DNA of 30,906 nt from Emiliania huxleyi CCMP1516 (lineage: Eukaryota), in the NCBI RefSeq assembly GCF_000372725.1, contig NW_005201144.1, positions 248,001-278,906 of the forward strand, given 5' to 3'. Below, in pieces: positions 1 to 10,619 of this stretch. The notes beneath the pieces are model-generated. The model ran no database searches and was not told the origin of the DNA. It was given only the letters and a program-made list of their open reading frames with translations. The position numbers were made by a program, and so were the translations under genes. Positions within the stretch are counted from its first letter, which is position 1. Each line of letters starts with the position of its first letter.

Positions 1-592
1 GCGGTGGCGGCGTGTGTGCGCCGTAGCCATCCACTCTACCCCGCAGAGCACACGAGCTCCCAGCCTCTCAGCTCTCACGGGCCCTGCCGTCAAGAGAAGG
101 CAGAGGAGTTTTTTTGTTTCGCGGCTGTATCGGGAGGGGCGTGACACGACACATCGGCGACACTCTTACTGTTAAATGATAGTACCGTACACGGAGGCAG
201 TGCGCGTTCGGAGGGCCGGCTTGGCGCCTTGGGGTCGCCTCGGAGCGGCCCCGGGGAGGTGGGTGGAGGGCGCAGGACGGGTCGACGCGGGTCGGCGGGT
301 GCACCACACCGCCAACGCGCAACGGGCAGGCCGCGGCTGAAGTCTCGACGAAGATTTGGGAGATCTCAAAGGCGGGACTAGAGACTGAGATCTGCCCTGA
401 AATCTTTAGGCCTCACTCCTCTCGAAAATCTCTAACGGACAGACTAGAGATTTCCATTTGACTGGCTGAGCACAGGAGTCTGCGGACGCGGCTTCGTAAC
501 GTAGTCGGACAAGTGTGAAGTGAGAGCCAACTAGAGTGCGCGCCCCATGTGCCTTGACGATGACCCTGGTCCCATGTGCCTACTTTGCCCGC

Positions 593-1291
593 TCACAGCA
601 AAGCCCGCGCCTTGTGGGCCTCGAAGCGGCGGCGGTACTCCGCCTCCGGAATCCTCGCGTGGCCCTCGTGGCGCTTTTTAGCCTCCTTCAGAGCCCGCTT
701 CTGCTCCGCCGCCTTGAACTGCGAGTAGGCGCGCTCCTCGTCCGACGGCGGCCCGGCGGCCGAGCGCCGGCCGCGTCCCCCCGCTGCGCCAAGCCCCGGG
801 TCCGCGGAGGAGGGGTGGGAGGGGAGGGGCGGCTGCCCCGCGCGGCGGCGCAGCACGAAGCGGTAGACCACCGGGTTGGCATCGCTCGCAGGCCTCGCCT
901 CGTTGACGGGCGCCTCGTACCACCGCTCCACGTCAAAGAGGCCGGAGCTGTCTGCAATCGGAACGCCAGTGCAGCTGTCGCCATCCACAAAGCACCACTC
1001 GTCGAAGCACCACTCTGGCGTCTCGCCCTCGTTGCAGTAGGGTGGCTTCAGCTCGTCCCACGCCCCGCAGCTTCCAAGGCCGTAAGTGAAATCGTATGTG
1101 TAGTCGACAGACCCAAGAGTCACAATGATGCCGTCGCTGCTGTGCCGATGGGGGTAATCACCCCAGCTGGCCAGGCAAGGGCAGGCGGGGTCCCCGGAAG
1201 ACATCGGGGGCGGGATCGGCGGAGTATTCGTGCCCAGCTCCTTTAGGTACCACAGCAGCTTCTCGTCGGCCCAGTTGGTCGTGGAGGGTGG
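593..1291 (-). CDS. Hypothetical protein or terminal exon with a Cys/Trp-rich extracellular-type module and a charged C-terminus; possibly chimeric
   Basis: ORF 593-1204 stays open upstream to the TAG near 1292 (PSTTNWADEKLLWYLKELG...). Pattern CPC..YG.GSC.AWD...PYC.....P.WC...WCFVD...C, followed by unrelated-looking Pro/Arg/Lys-rich sequence. Confidence 0.4.
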   Translation of the reverse strand, partial: PPSTTNWADEKLLWYLKELGTNTPPIPPPMSSGDPACPCLASWGDYPHRHSSDGIIVTLGSVDYTYDFTYGLGSCGAWDELKPPYCNEGETPEWCFDEWCFVDGDSCTGVPIADSSGLFDVERWYEAPVNEARPASDANPVVYRFVLRRRAGQPPLPSHPSSADPGLGAAGGRGRRSAAGPPSDEERAYSQFKAAEQKRALKEAKKRHEGHARIPEAEYRRRFEAHKARALL

Positions 1292-1468
1292 CTAGCTAGA
1301 GGGACGTCCACGCCGCGACTTGATTTTTAGCTGTTTCAAAAGAGCTCTCGAAACCTCGCGAGTGAAGGCGAAGCAACTGTTGCCGGCGACAAACGTAACG
1401 TCGCCCTCACCGAGTTTGATCACTAACTGCACCGAGGAGAGGAGCTGCCGGGCCTCGCGCTCGCGCGC

Positions 1469-1581
1469 ATGCCGTCCTGCCGTGCGGACTTCGAGTGGGG
1501 GCCGCGGCTCGGGACGGGCGCGTACGGCAGCGTCTTTCGCGTGCGTCGCTTTGCGGACGGGCTTCAGTACGTTGTCAAGGA
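1469..1581 (+). pseudogene. Ser/Thr protein kinase N-terminal fragment (subdomains I-II, NEK-like)
   Basis: MPSCRADFEWGPRLGTGAYGSVFRVRRFADGLQYVVKE contains the GxGxYG loop and the VxK lysine, then GAG|gtgg (possible donor). No HRD or DFG exon was seen downstream; repeats follow. Confidence 0.6.
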
Positions 1582-1596
1582 GGTGGCGCGGGCCCC

Positions 1597-1655
1597 CCAA
1601 AAGAATTTACTCTCACGCGGCACACAGGCTCGACACAGGTGCGAACTGGCGCGTG
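1597..1655 (-). repeat. Dispersed repeat, diverged copy of 25880-25942 / 29817-29880
   Basis: aaaagaatttactctcacgcggcacacaggctcgacacaggtgcgaactggcgcg aligns with the reverse complement of 29820-29880 (aaaagaattctcactctcacagcacactggcacgacaagggcgcgga). Confidence 0.55.
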
Positions 1656-1708
1656 CTAGTACTATCACCGGCACTCCCAAAAGAAACCGCACAACCTCGT
1701 ATTTATTT

Positions 1709-1832
1709 CTGAGGGGTGGCCCGTCTACCGTCTACCGGTAGTACCGGTAGACGGTAGACCGTTTGGTAGACGAGTCTACCGCAGTCTACCGGTAGACTGG
1801 TGTCGTAGGTTCATTACGGTCTACCGGTAGAG
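1709..1832. repeat. Cluster of palindromic (G)TCTACCGGTAGA(C) units; probable transposon terminus
   Basis: Multiple TCTACC / GGTAGA half-sites in both orientations. It starts with CTGAGGG, like the TIR element at 26160. Confidence 0.55.
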
Positions 1833-2257
1833 CGTCGACGGCCCGGCCGGGGTCGCCCCGGGCGAGGACGGTGGCATTGGGTCCCACCCACTTCCATCCC
1901 CGGGAGGTCGGGCCCGCTCTCCCTGGTCGACGAGTCGTGCCCGCACCCGCGGCCTCTCTATCGTCCTTGGCTCTATCGGCTGGTACCGCCGGCTCCTCTT
2001 CAGGCTCGCTCGGGGAGGCGTGGCCCTCGTTGTCGAAGGTCGCGGTGATCCGGCTGCCACTGCGACGGGCCTTCCTGTGAGCTCGTACGTCCCGACTCCA
2101 CTCGCAGAGGCCGCGTCAGCTCATCCCTCGCCTCCTCCGACAGCTGACCCCGAGCCCCCCCTGCCGCCCTGGGGCCCCCCTCACCTTCCCCCCCCGTTAT
2201 CGGCGCGGATGTCATCCTGTCAGTCGGCACTGCGCGCTGGCGCCTTCAGCAGAGAGA

Positions 2258-2755
2258 ATGGCTCGCCGCATGCCACTCCTCTCGCGGCTGCGCATTTTCG
2301 AGGACGCTGATGCGTGGCGGAGAATCGGCTTCAACGTATCTGAGGCCGGCGTCGCGCATGTCGGAGGCGTCGACATCGAGTTGGCTGGCGCGGACTGCCG
2401 TGACCCAGCTGGCTGGGAGTTCCGCAGTCGCGAGGGCAGCGGGTCGCGGCTAAAAGTGGACGGCATCTCCACGCGCATGTCGCGCTTCGACGCAATGAGC
2501 CAGACGTGGACGTGGGAGGCGGGGGAGGCGGAGCACTCCAACGCGGCAGTCGGCCTCTACTCGGTGCTGGTGACGGCGGGCGACCTGCAGCGGACGGTGC
2601 AAGCGATGAGCGAGAGCATCTTCGGCCCGCCCGCGCGGCTGCTCGAAAAGTCGCCCTTCTCGCCGAAGCTGTCGATGGCCTTCTTTGAGGCTCACGCCCA
2701 CACACACACACACACACGCACACACACACACACACACACGCACACACACACACAC

Positions 2756-2794
<39 letters not shown>

Positions 2795-2811
2795 CACACA
2801 CGCACACACAC

Positions 2812-2903
<92 letters not shown>

Positions 2904-3300
2904 CCAATGCCTCCCTTCCACGCAGGCTGGCTCGCCGGGCGGCACCGTCGTCGTGGAGGTGCTCGCCCCTCGCACACCGGGCCAAGTCGCCACGCTCCCC
3001 GGTTTCCCGCCCATCGGGGGGGACCCGGATGCGCCGGCGCGGCTCGCGGGCCTGGTGGTGACCGTGCCGTCCCTCGAGCCCGTGGGCGAGCTGCTCGGCG
3101 AGGACGCACTCGGCTACCCGCGACCCGCCGCGCAGGGGCAGGGCCGTGTCCTCGCGCCCCTCAAGCACGCGCGCGTGGGGCTGCGCTCGATGATGGCGTT
3201 CATGACGCCGCCCGACCGGGAGGAGCTCGAGGCAAGGGCCAAGGCTGGCACCTTTGGGAAGGGCCTCGCCGCCCATCTCAGCACTGGGAATACGCTGTGA
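2258..3300 (+). CDS. VOC/glyoxalase-like protein; exons 2258-2689 and 2926-3300
   Basis: A phase-0 GC-AG intron (2690-2925, filled with (CA)n) joins ...MAFFE to AGSPGGTVVVEVLAP... in frame. Motifs WRRIGF, HSNAAVGLYSVLVTAGDLQRT, PARLAGLVVTV and AFMTP resemble bacterial glyoxalase-like proteins (from memory). Confidence 0.75.
2699..2902 (+). repeat. (CA)n microsatellite, intronic
   Basis: About 200 bp of CA with occasional CG. Confidence 0.95.
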
Positions 3301-3755
3301 GCGCGGTGCGAAGTTCGCATTTTGTCATGTTTTTGTGTGGCGCCTGACCCCCTGGCGCCCGAGCGCGGGCGAGGCCCGAGTGTGGAGCGTGCGCGATTTA
3401 TTATTGACATGCGTGCATGTGTAGCATGTGAAGGAAATTGCCGCTCGAGCTGCCCCCCTCCCGCCCCCCTCCCCTGCTGCGCCCCCCCTTGGCTCTCGTC
3501 CTCACCCTATCCGCTCTGCCTGCCCCGCCCTGCGGCCTGCGTTGGGGGTGTCCGCTGTCGCTGTCCGCGCAGCCCGAGCCATGCCTTCCCCTCCCCCCAG
3601 TCCCCTGCCCTATCTGTCCGCAGCGGCCAGCGGCCGACAGGCTCTCGCGCTCCTGCATCGCCCCAAACCGAGCCGTCTCGTAGCCGCGCGTCGTTGCGCA
3701 AAGCGTGCGCTTGCGTGCCTCGTCCGCGAGCGCCCGCGGTACCGACCGTCGCGCT

Positions 3756-5210
3756 TCACACGGCAACTACTTCTGGCCCTTCTTCTTTTTGAAGGCCTTC
3801 TTCTTCTTCCCCGGGGGGGGTGGCAGAGCCAGGCTGCGGCGGGGGCGGCAGCAACGGAGGGGGCGGCGGAGGGGGCGGCGGAGGGGCTGGCGGAGGGGCT
3901 GGCACGCTGTCAACGGAGGGAATAGTGGACGCCGACGCCCCCTCCCCCTCGGCCTCCTCCGCCGTCGCGTAGTCCTCTGCCGAAGGCATGGCGTAGGAGG
4001 AGGAGGCGGAGGAGGCGGCGCTGATTGCCACCTCCGCCAGGACAGCGGAGGGGGGGGAGGGGAGGCCCTCGGCGTACTCGACGGTGATCGGCTCCGATGT
4101 GCGCCCGCTCTCGCCCACGGCGGCGGGGGCGCCAACCTCGTCGGAGAAACCTCCCGCCATCGTCGATGTTGCCGCCGGATCGTCCGCGGTGGGCATGACG
4201 TAGGAGGAGGAGGAGCCTGAAGAGGACGCCGCGCTGGCTGCCGCCGCCTCCTCTTCTTCCGTTTGCCTGGAGTCCTTCTCGTGGGCCTCGATGGGGCCAG
4301 CGTCCGCGATCGCGTCGTCCGCGGTGGGCACCGCCGCCGGCGCATCCTCGATCGCGACGAGGTCCGGGGCTGCCGCCGCCTTCGGGGGCGGGGAAGGACG
4401 GGGGCGGGGGGTGAGGTGTGGTGTGCAGGACTGCGTGCATGGCACGGGGGGGAGGCGCGCCTCGTTTGCCGCTGCGGCTCCGCCCCCCTCCCCGCCGGCG
4501 TCCTCCGTGCGCGACCGCGCCTCGTCCTCCTCTTCCGCCTAGTGTAAGATAGTGTGGTGAGGAGCGACTCTTCGGAACGAAGCAACGCCGTGACCGACGC
4601 CAGGCTCCTCCTCCGCCTTGCGCGCACAAGCGAGTTGCACCTCAGGGTTCTCTTCTCTTCTCTTCTCTTCTCCTCTCCTCTCTCCTCTTCTTCTCTTCTC
4701 CTCATCTCTGCGCCGCCTCGTCGACGGCAACTACCGCCGCTTCACCCCGCTCCTCCTATGCCTTGCGCACCTCGTCGGCCCCGCCCTCGAGGGGCACCAA
4801 CATCTCCGTGACCTCGAGAAAGACCGCCTCCGGGCGGGAACGGGGGGCGAGGTCTCGTGCCGTGAGGTGTGGCGCGGCCCCCCTTGGTTCTTCTAGGCCC
4901 TCCTAGCTCACCGCCCCCTCCCCTCCGCCGCCCTCGCCCCCTGCCTCCCCCGCTAGAGTGCTGTGCATCTTGCGCGCGCGTGCGGTAGTGCCCGCGTGCA
5001 CGTGCGTGTGCGTGGAGTGCGTGTGGCGCGCGCGCTCTACGCATACCTCGTTGGCCGACGCTGCCTCTCCTCCGCCCTCCTCCTTCTCGATCAGCCCCCG
5101 GGTCTCGGAAACAGCGGAGACGTTGGTCTCTCCGTCTCCTCCGCCCTCGTCGTCCGCGACCAGCCCCCGCGCGAACTCGTCTGCCCGCGTCTGCATCTCG
5201 GTCTCCACCT
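3756..5210 (-). pseudogene. Acidic/Pro-rich low-complexity exons, probably the cytoplasmic tail of the LRR gene; contains in-frame stops
   Basis: Exon-like blocks VETEMQTRADEF...ASANE|gtatgc, AVFLEVTEMLVPLEGGADEVRKA*EERG and AAAAPDLVAIEDAP...PEVVAV*. TAG codons near 4903 and 4758 interrupt them. Confidence 0.35.
4648..4702. repeat. (TCTTC/TCTCC)n pentamer microsatellite
   Basis: Tandem pentamers visible directly. Confidence 0.85.
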
Positions 5211-5474
5211 TCCGGAGGGAAGGGGGGGGGGGGGGGGCAATGTGCCCCACGGCCCCTGTGCCCGTGTCCGAACGGGCCTGTGTCCCGGGTTTCACGTGTT
5301 TCCCGTGTGCCCCTGCGCTTGTCCCGGGTGGGATTGAAGANNNNNNNNNNNNNNNNNNNNNNNNNNNNNNNNNNNNNNNNNNNNNNNNNNNNNNNNNNNN
5401 NNNNNNNNNNNNNNNNNNNNNNNNNNNNNNNNNNNNNNNNCGGGGGAAGGGGCGGGGGAAGGGGTCGGGGGGGC

Positions 5475-6938
5475 GCCTCGCTGGCCGCCTCGAGAAGCCC
5501 GGACGCGCCCTCGTCCTCCATGCGGCCAAAGGGATTCGCTCCCCCGAAGCCAAGCATCTTTGTCCCCACAAAACAGCCCAAGAGACCGCCAGCAACGAGG
5601 AGGAGGCCCCAATCCAAAACCAGATCCAAAACAGCAACGAGGGAGAGGGCCTCTGGCGCGGGCGCCGCCGGAGGAGGGGTCGAAGGGGGGGGCTCGGGCG
5701 ACGGGGGGGGCTTTGGGGGCGGCGGCGGCGGGGGCGGTGGTGGCGGGGGCGGTGGCGGGGGTGTCGGCGGCGGGGGTGGCGGCGAGGGCGGTGGCGGTGA
5801 GGGCGGCGGCGACGAGGGCGGTGGCGGCAGGGGTGGCGAGGGCGGTGCGGAGGGCCGGGGCGGCGCTGGAGGGAGCGGCGGCGGTGCCGGAGGGCGGGGC
5901 GGCGCGGGCGGAAACGGCCACGACTGCACCCAGTTGCACACAGTCCCCTTGGCACGGCACGGCTCGGGCAGGTCGTTCGGGAGCGGGCAATCGAAGGAGT
6001 TGCCGTCAGTGCCGGGCGGCCAGTGGTTCCAGAGCACCGCAGGGCGGCCGTCAGTCAGCCTTCCCGGGTCCCAGATGCTGCCGCTCTGTGGGCCGCCTTG
6101 CCACCCCGAGAGAGGGGGGGCGGGCGCCACCGAGGACGGCGGCGGAACCGACGCCGTGCCCACCGACGCCAAGGCTCGGCCAGCCTGGATGCGCGGAGCC
6201 GGCGGCGCGGGCGGCAGCTCGTTAGCCAAGGTGGCGTACCACGAGCTGGCACTGGCGCCCGCCCACCGGCGTTTGTCCGTCAGCTCGCACGTGCCCTTTG
6301 CGGCGATGCGGAGGCCTGTCGCAGGAGGGGTGGAATGAGTGGGGACGGGCACACCTCAGGCACACCTCCAGCACGCCTCAAGCTACCCCCGCCCCAACGC
6401 ACCTATTTTCAAGCCCCCCCCCAGCCCCCCCCCCCCCCCTCTCCCCACAGTGACGAATGATCTCCCTATCCCTATGTACCCCTTCACACACACACACACA
6501 CACACACACATCTCCCTACACATAATTGCTCCGCGTCGGCGCACCGCGAGGGATGGTGCCCGAGAGGAAGTTCTCCGAGAGCTCAAGCGCCTCGAGGCTG
6601 CCCAGCAGCGACAACTCCGGCGGGATGGAGCCCGAGAGCCCGGCGTCCCCGATCTCGAGCTTGCGCAGCTGGGCCAGCTGCGAGATCCACGGCGGCAGCG
6701 TGCCGGAGAGCTTGGTGTCGGAGAGGTCGAGGTCCTGCGGGAGGGGAGAGGGATGTAAGGGGAGTAAGGGGGGGGGGGGGGGGCGGTGGGGCACCACCCA
6801 GGCCGAACAAAGCTGGAGGTGTGTGTGGTGTGTGTGTGTGGGGGGGGGGGGGGGGAAAATGCCCCACCGCGGGCGCGGGCCCCTGGGTTTGTTGCCCCCT
6901 TGGGGGGGGGGGGTGGGGGTGGCCCCGTGGGTGTGTGT

Positions 6939-6974
<36 letters not shown>

Positions 6975-6985
6975 GTGTGTGTGTG

Positions 6986-7072
<87 letters not shown>

Positions 7073-8391
7073 GCGGTGGTGTGGAGGGGGTTGTGTGGGG
7101 GTGGGGTGGTCGGACTCTCCAGATCTCTCGCGCCTGGAGCTCGCTCAGCCTCGAGAGGGAGGGCGGGACGGTGCCGGAGAACGAGTTGTCGTCGAGCTCG
7201 AGCGTCTTCAGCCTGGGTGAGAACTGGGGGAGGCGTGGGGGAGATACGGGGAGATGCGGGGGAGATCTACAACTACTGGAAGCCCACCTCCCCAGCCGCG
7301 AGACCGAATCCATTATCGTCCCCGACATGCGCGTGCTGTCGACCTGCAGCTCGGTTATGGTGCTTCCTACAACCCGAGGCAGAGGGAGGGGTGTGTTGTG
7401 TGTGTGTGGGGGGGGTGCTGCTAGGGCGTGGATAGGGGTTCCAGATCTGGCAACGGATTGAAGTAGCGCTACTGCTGCTGCCCGAGAGAAGCGATGAGCT
7501 CTCGGCTGTATCTGCTCTCGGCCGCGTGTCTCGGCTAGATCTCGGCTGGATCTCGGCTAGATCTCGGCTGGATCTCGCCCATCTCGCTCGGGAGGGTGCC
7601 CGAGATGAGCAAGGGCGTTCTCCGGGAGCCGCCGATGTAGATCCTGTCGAGGCGAGGCAGCTCGAAGATGCTCGCGGGCAGCGTGCCGGAGAGTGAGCTG
7701 TACTTGGCCCGAACCGCGATCAGCTCGCTCATCTTGCTGCCAAAGAGCTCGGGCGGCAGAGTGCCGGTGACGCCGAGGGTGCCTTTGAGGTCGAGGTACC
7801 TGCGTGGTGAGGACACACCCAGCGTCGGGGCGGGAGGATGGTCTTGTGCAGTGAATTCAGAGCACCGTGTGGACACGAGGTACGCATACAGCCGAACCAG
7901 CGGAGCCGAGAGTGCTGGTTGGAATACATTGACACGTATTCCGCTTCTAGTTGGAGGTACTTGAGCGAGGTGAGCTGGCCGAGCTGGACTGGGAGAGTGC
8001 CCTTGAGCCTGCCGATGTGCCGCAGATCCAGCTCCGCGACCTCGTGTGTTGTTTTGTTGCACCTGCGTCGTTGGGAGAGAGCGGGTCAAACCTGTGCACG
8101 GGCACTCTACAGGCTCGCTTGGCGTAGGCGGGGGTACCTGACAAACTCCTTATTGCAGCAATCGATCGAAGGGTCGGGCCACTGCCATCCGACGTCGTAC
8201 CCAACGAACCGTCCGTTCACTTCCTTTGTCCAGTCCTTCCCGTTCAGCGCCTTGTGCACGGCGGCGAGGACCCCGTTGCAGTCGAGAGTCGGCGCGAGCG
8301 CACGGTGCGCCCTCGCCGGAGCCGCCAACGGTGATGCGGCGGCGACGACGGCCGGATTGCCCGACGCTGCCGCGAGCAGCACAACGAGCAT
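5475..8391 (-). CDS. LRR receptor-like type I membrane protein; exons 8391-8138, 8062-7961, 7799-7579, 7366-7288, 7212-7134, 6734-6545, 6315-~5475, continuing into the gap
   Basis: Hydrophobic N-terminus, Cys/Trp cap ([12 protein letters not shown]), plant-type LRRs ([39 protein letters not shown]), NSFDCPLP cap, poly-Pro stalk and TM helix ([19 protein letters not shown]). All junctions keep frame with GT/GC-AG sites. Confidence 0.85.
6932..7070 (-). repeat. (CA)n on the sense strand of an LRR intron
   Basis: (GT)n on the + strand. Confidence 0.95.
7500..7587. repeat. Tandem GATCTCGGCT(A/G) units at an LRR intron 5' end
   Basis: Several ~11-bp units, e.g. tagatctcggctggatctcggctagatctcggctggatctcg. 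Confidence 0.8.
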
Positions 8392-8433
8392 TTCGACCCG
8401 GCGGATGGTACTTTTCGGCGTTTAGACGCAAAG

Positions 8434-10404
8434 GGCAAACCCCGGAAAGTGGGTCAAAAATGACCACCCTCACGTGTAGGCGCGTATCTTAGCTAAGGCT
8501 CGCGCCCTGACGTGTAAGTGCTCATGTGCACCGAGCCCATAGACGCACCTGCATGTGTGGACGCGAGTATTAACTAAGATGAGCGCCCACGCATGAGGAT
8601 GCGCGTCTGCGTCCAGGTAGCCCAGATACCGTCTTCGTGTCTGGGCGCTTATCTTGAGTAAGGCTCGCGCCTACACGTGTAGCTGCGTATCTTGAGATGA
8701 GCGCCAATACTTCACGGCGGCCCCCTCGGGGCGCTTGCGGACGACAAAGAAGGTGCGGCCTCCTCCGTCAAGTCCTCCTCTCGCGCAGGCCGGGGTTGAG
8801 ACACTTGGCCACGGCTGGCTCGACGACCGTCGCCACGTCTTTCCACTCGATGTTGCTGACCGCCATGTGGTCTGAACGCTTCGCTACCCGGCCGCCGCGG
8901 GCACCTCGGCGCCGGCATCATCCTCCGCGGCATCAAGGAGATCCGCCATAAAGCAGCGCCCAGCAAGCCAGGGACAGATGACACAGGCGACTTGAGCGCG
9001 TATCACCCAAAACTATTCACTTTTGAGCGCCATATGCGCAGGTGCGTATGTCAACATACGCGCCTCCACGTGTGAGCGCTCATATTGACTAATATTCGCG
9101 TCTGCATGTGTGGGAGCGTATGCTGACCGCCACGCACCCACGCCGACACCGCGAGTACTAGCTAAGATAGGCGCCACAAGCGTGGGCGCTCATCTCAAGA
9201 TACGCAGCTACACGTGTAGGCGCGAGCCTTACTCAAGATAAGCGCCCAGACACGAAGACGGTATCTGGGCTACCTGGACGCAGACGCGCATCCTCATGCG
9301 TGGGCACTCATCTTAGTTAATACTCGCGTCCACACATGCAGGTGCGTATATGGGCTAATAAATAAATAAATAAAAACGGACACCTCTCTACTGTGAGATG
9401 GGTAAAAAGGAACAGGCCCCCGCCCTTGCGATCTTTGTGCAGGGTTCTTTGTGGGTGTGGTCGGCGACTAGCCGGGGTCGTCCTCCCGATGGGGGACTAG
9501 CACTAGCCGTCTTCCACATGGTCCCTCGGGTCCCTGCTGCTCCTAATCTCTTCGTACATCCTCCTGCTGATCTCCGCAAAGTCCTGCTCCCTCCCTCGTC
9601 TCACCCTGCGCGTCTGCTCCGCCTCACCGTCTTCTGCCCTGCGTCGTCTGGCGACGGGTCCTCCATAGTCGGTCGAAGTCGCCGCCCTCCTCGTGCCTCT
9701 TCCCAACGTTCCCTCGGCGGCCGATGCCGTCTGCTCCGGCTCCCCAGTCCCCGGGTCTGCCCTGCTCTCGTCTGCGCTAGTTTCTGCTTCGTCCTCACCG
9801 GCGTCTCTCCTCTTTCCTCTCCCCTTCTTGTATGCTTTGCACATCGCGTCGATTCCTGTTCGCGTGAGCACCAGCCTGAAGCCCGCCCAGCATCTGAACC
9901 GCTCCCTAAGTCGGAGGAGCATCATCAGTCTCACCCACTTCGCTCTCTGCCCACCGTCTCCGCTCCCTCCCGCTTGAGCCGCCGTCGCGGCCCTCGTTCG
10001 TCCCACTGGCTGTTGGCCTGTTCCCACGTTACCTCCATTATCCCTCCTCCTCCGCGACTCCCTCAAGGCTGGCCGGGCCTCCTTCCACCCAGCGAAGAGC
10101 TTCCTCAGCCACTCGATGTGTTCCTCTCTCTTCATTATGCGCGCCGTAGCCTCATCATTGAGCTGGATCCACCTCTGCACCGCTCCCGTCGCCGCCTCGG
10201 CCACGACTTGCAAGTTCCTCGTGACCCCGGCGCCAAGGTCCCTTCGGCTCTTCTCCGAGAGGTCATCTACCAGTGCTGGCAACACCCCCCGACGTATATG
10301 GGCTCGGTGCACATGAGCACTTACACGTCAGGGCGCGAGCCTTAGCTAAGATACGCGCCTACACGTGTCGGTGGTCATTTTTGACCCACTTTCCGGGGTT
10401 TGCC
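8434..10404. mobile_element. Non-autonomous MULE/Foldback-like DNA transposon with ~270-bp TIRs and a 9-bp TSD
   Basis: 8434-8705 is the reverse complement of 9185-9356 plus 10305-10404. TSD GACGCAAAG at 8425-8433 and 10405-10413. Termini GGCAAAC...GTTTGCC. No transposase seen. Confidence 0.9.
9357..10292 (-). mobile_element. 5'-truncated non-LTR retrotransposon inserted in the right TIR
   Basis: TSD CGTATATGGGCT at 9345-9356 and 10293-10304, (TATT)n 3' tail at 9357-9373, and an ORF open from the 5' junction to the stop at 9503 that resembles ORF 15965-17029. Confidence 0.88.
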
Positions 10405-10619
10405 GACGCAAAGCCACAGGTGCGCCCTCGGGCTTGCCCGCCTCCGGCTCGGCGACGGTGCAGCTCTCACGCCTTCTCGACCACGGGATCGAACAACGAG
10501 CATTTTCGACCGAACACCTTGGCCGCAGGGTTCGGACTTTTTGACAAAAATCCCATGCTTTTCTTTCTTTTAGCACTGGCATGAACACAAAAGGCTTTCG
10601 ATCTCACGATTCCCCCCTC

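Noticed and set aside
2331..3347. Poly-HT / poly-CV ORFs (also near 6500-7400, 12700-13400 and 26400-26850)
   Set aside because: They are translations of (CA)n/(TG)n microsatellites.
8381..8400. acaacgagcattt(t)cgacc repeated at ~10493-10512
   Set aside because: It is short and not at the element boundaries, and the true TSD is already identified. Possibly an old local duplication.
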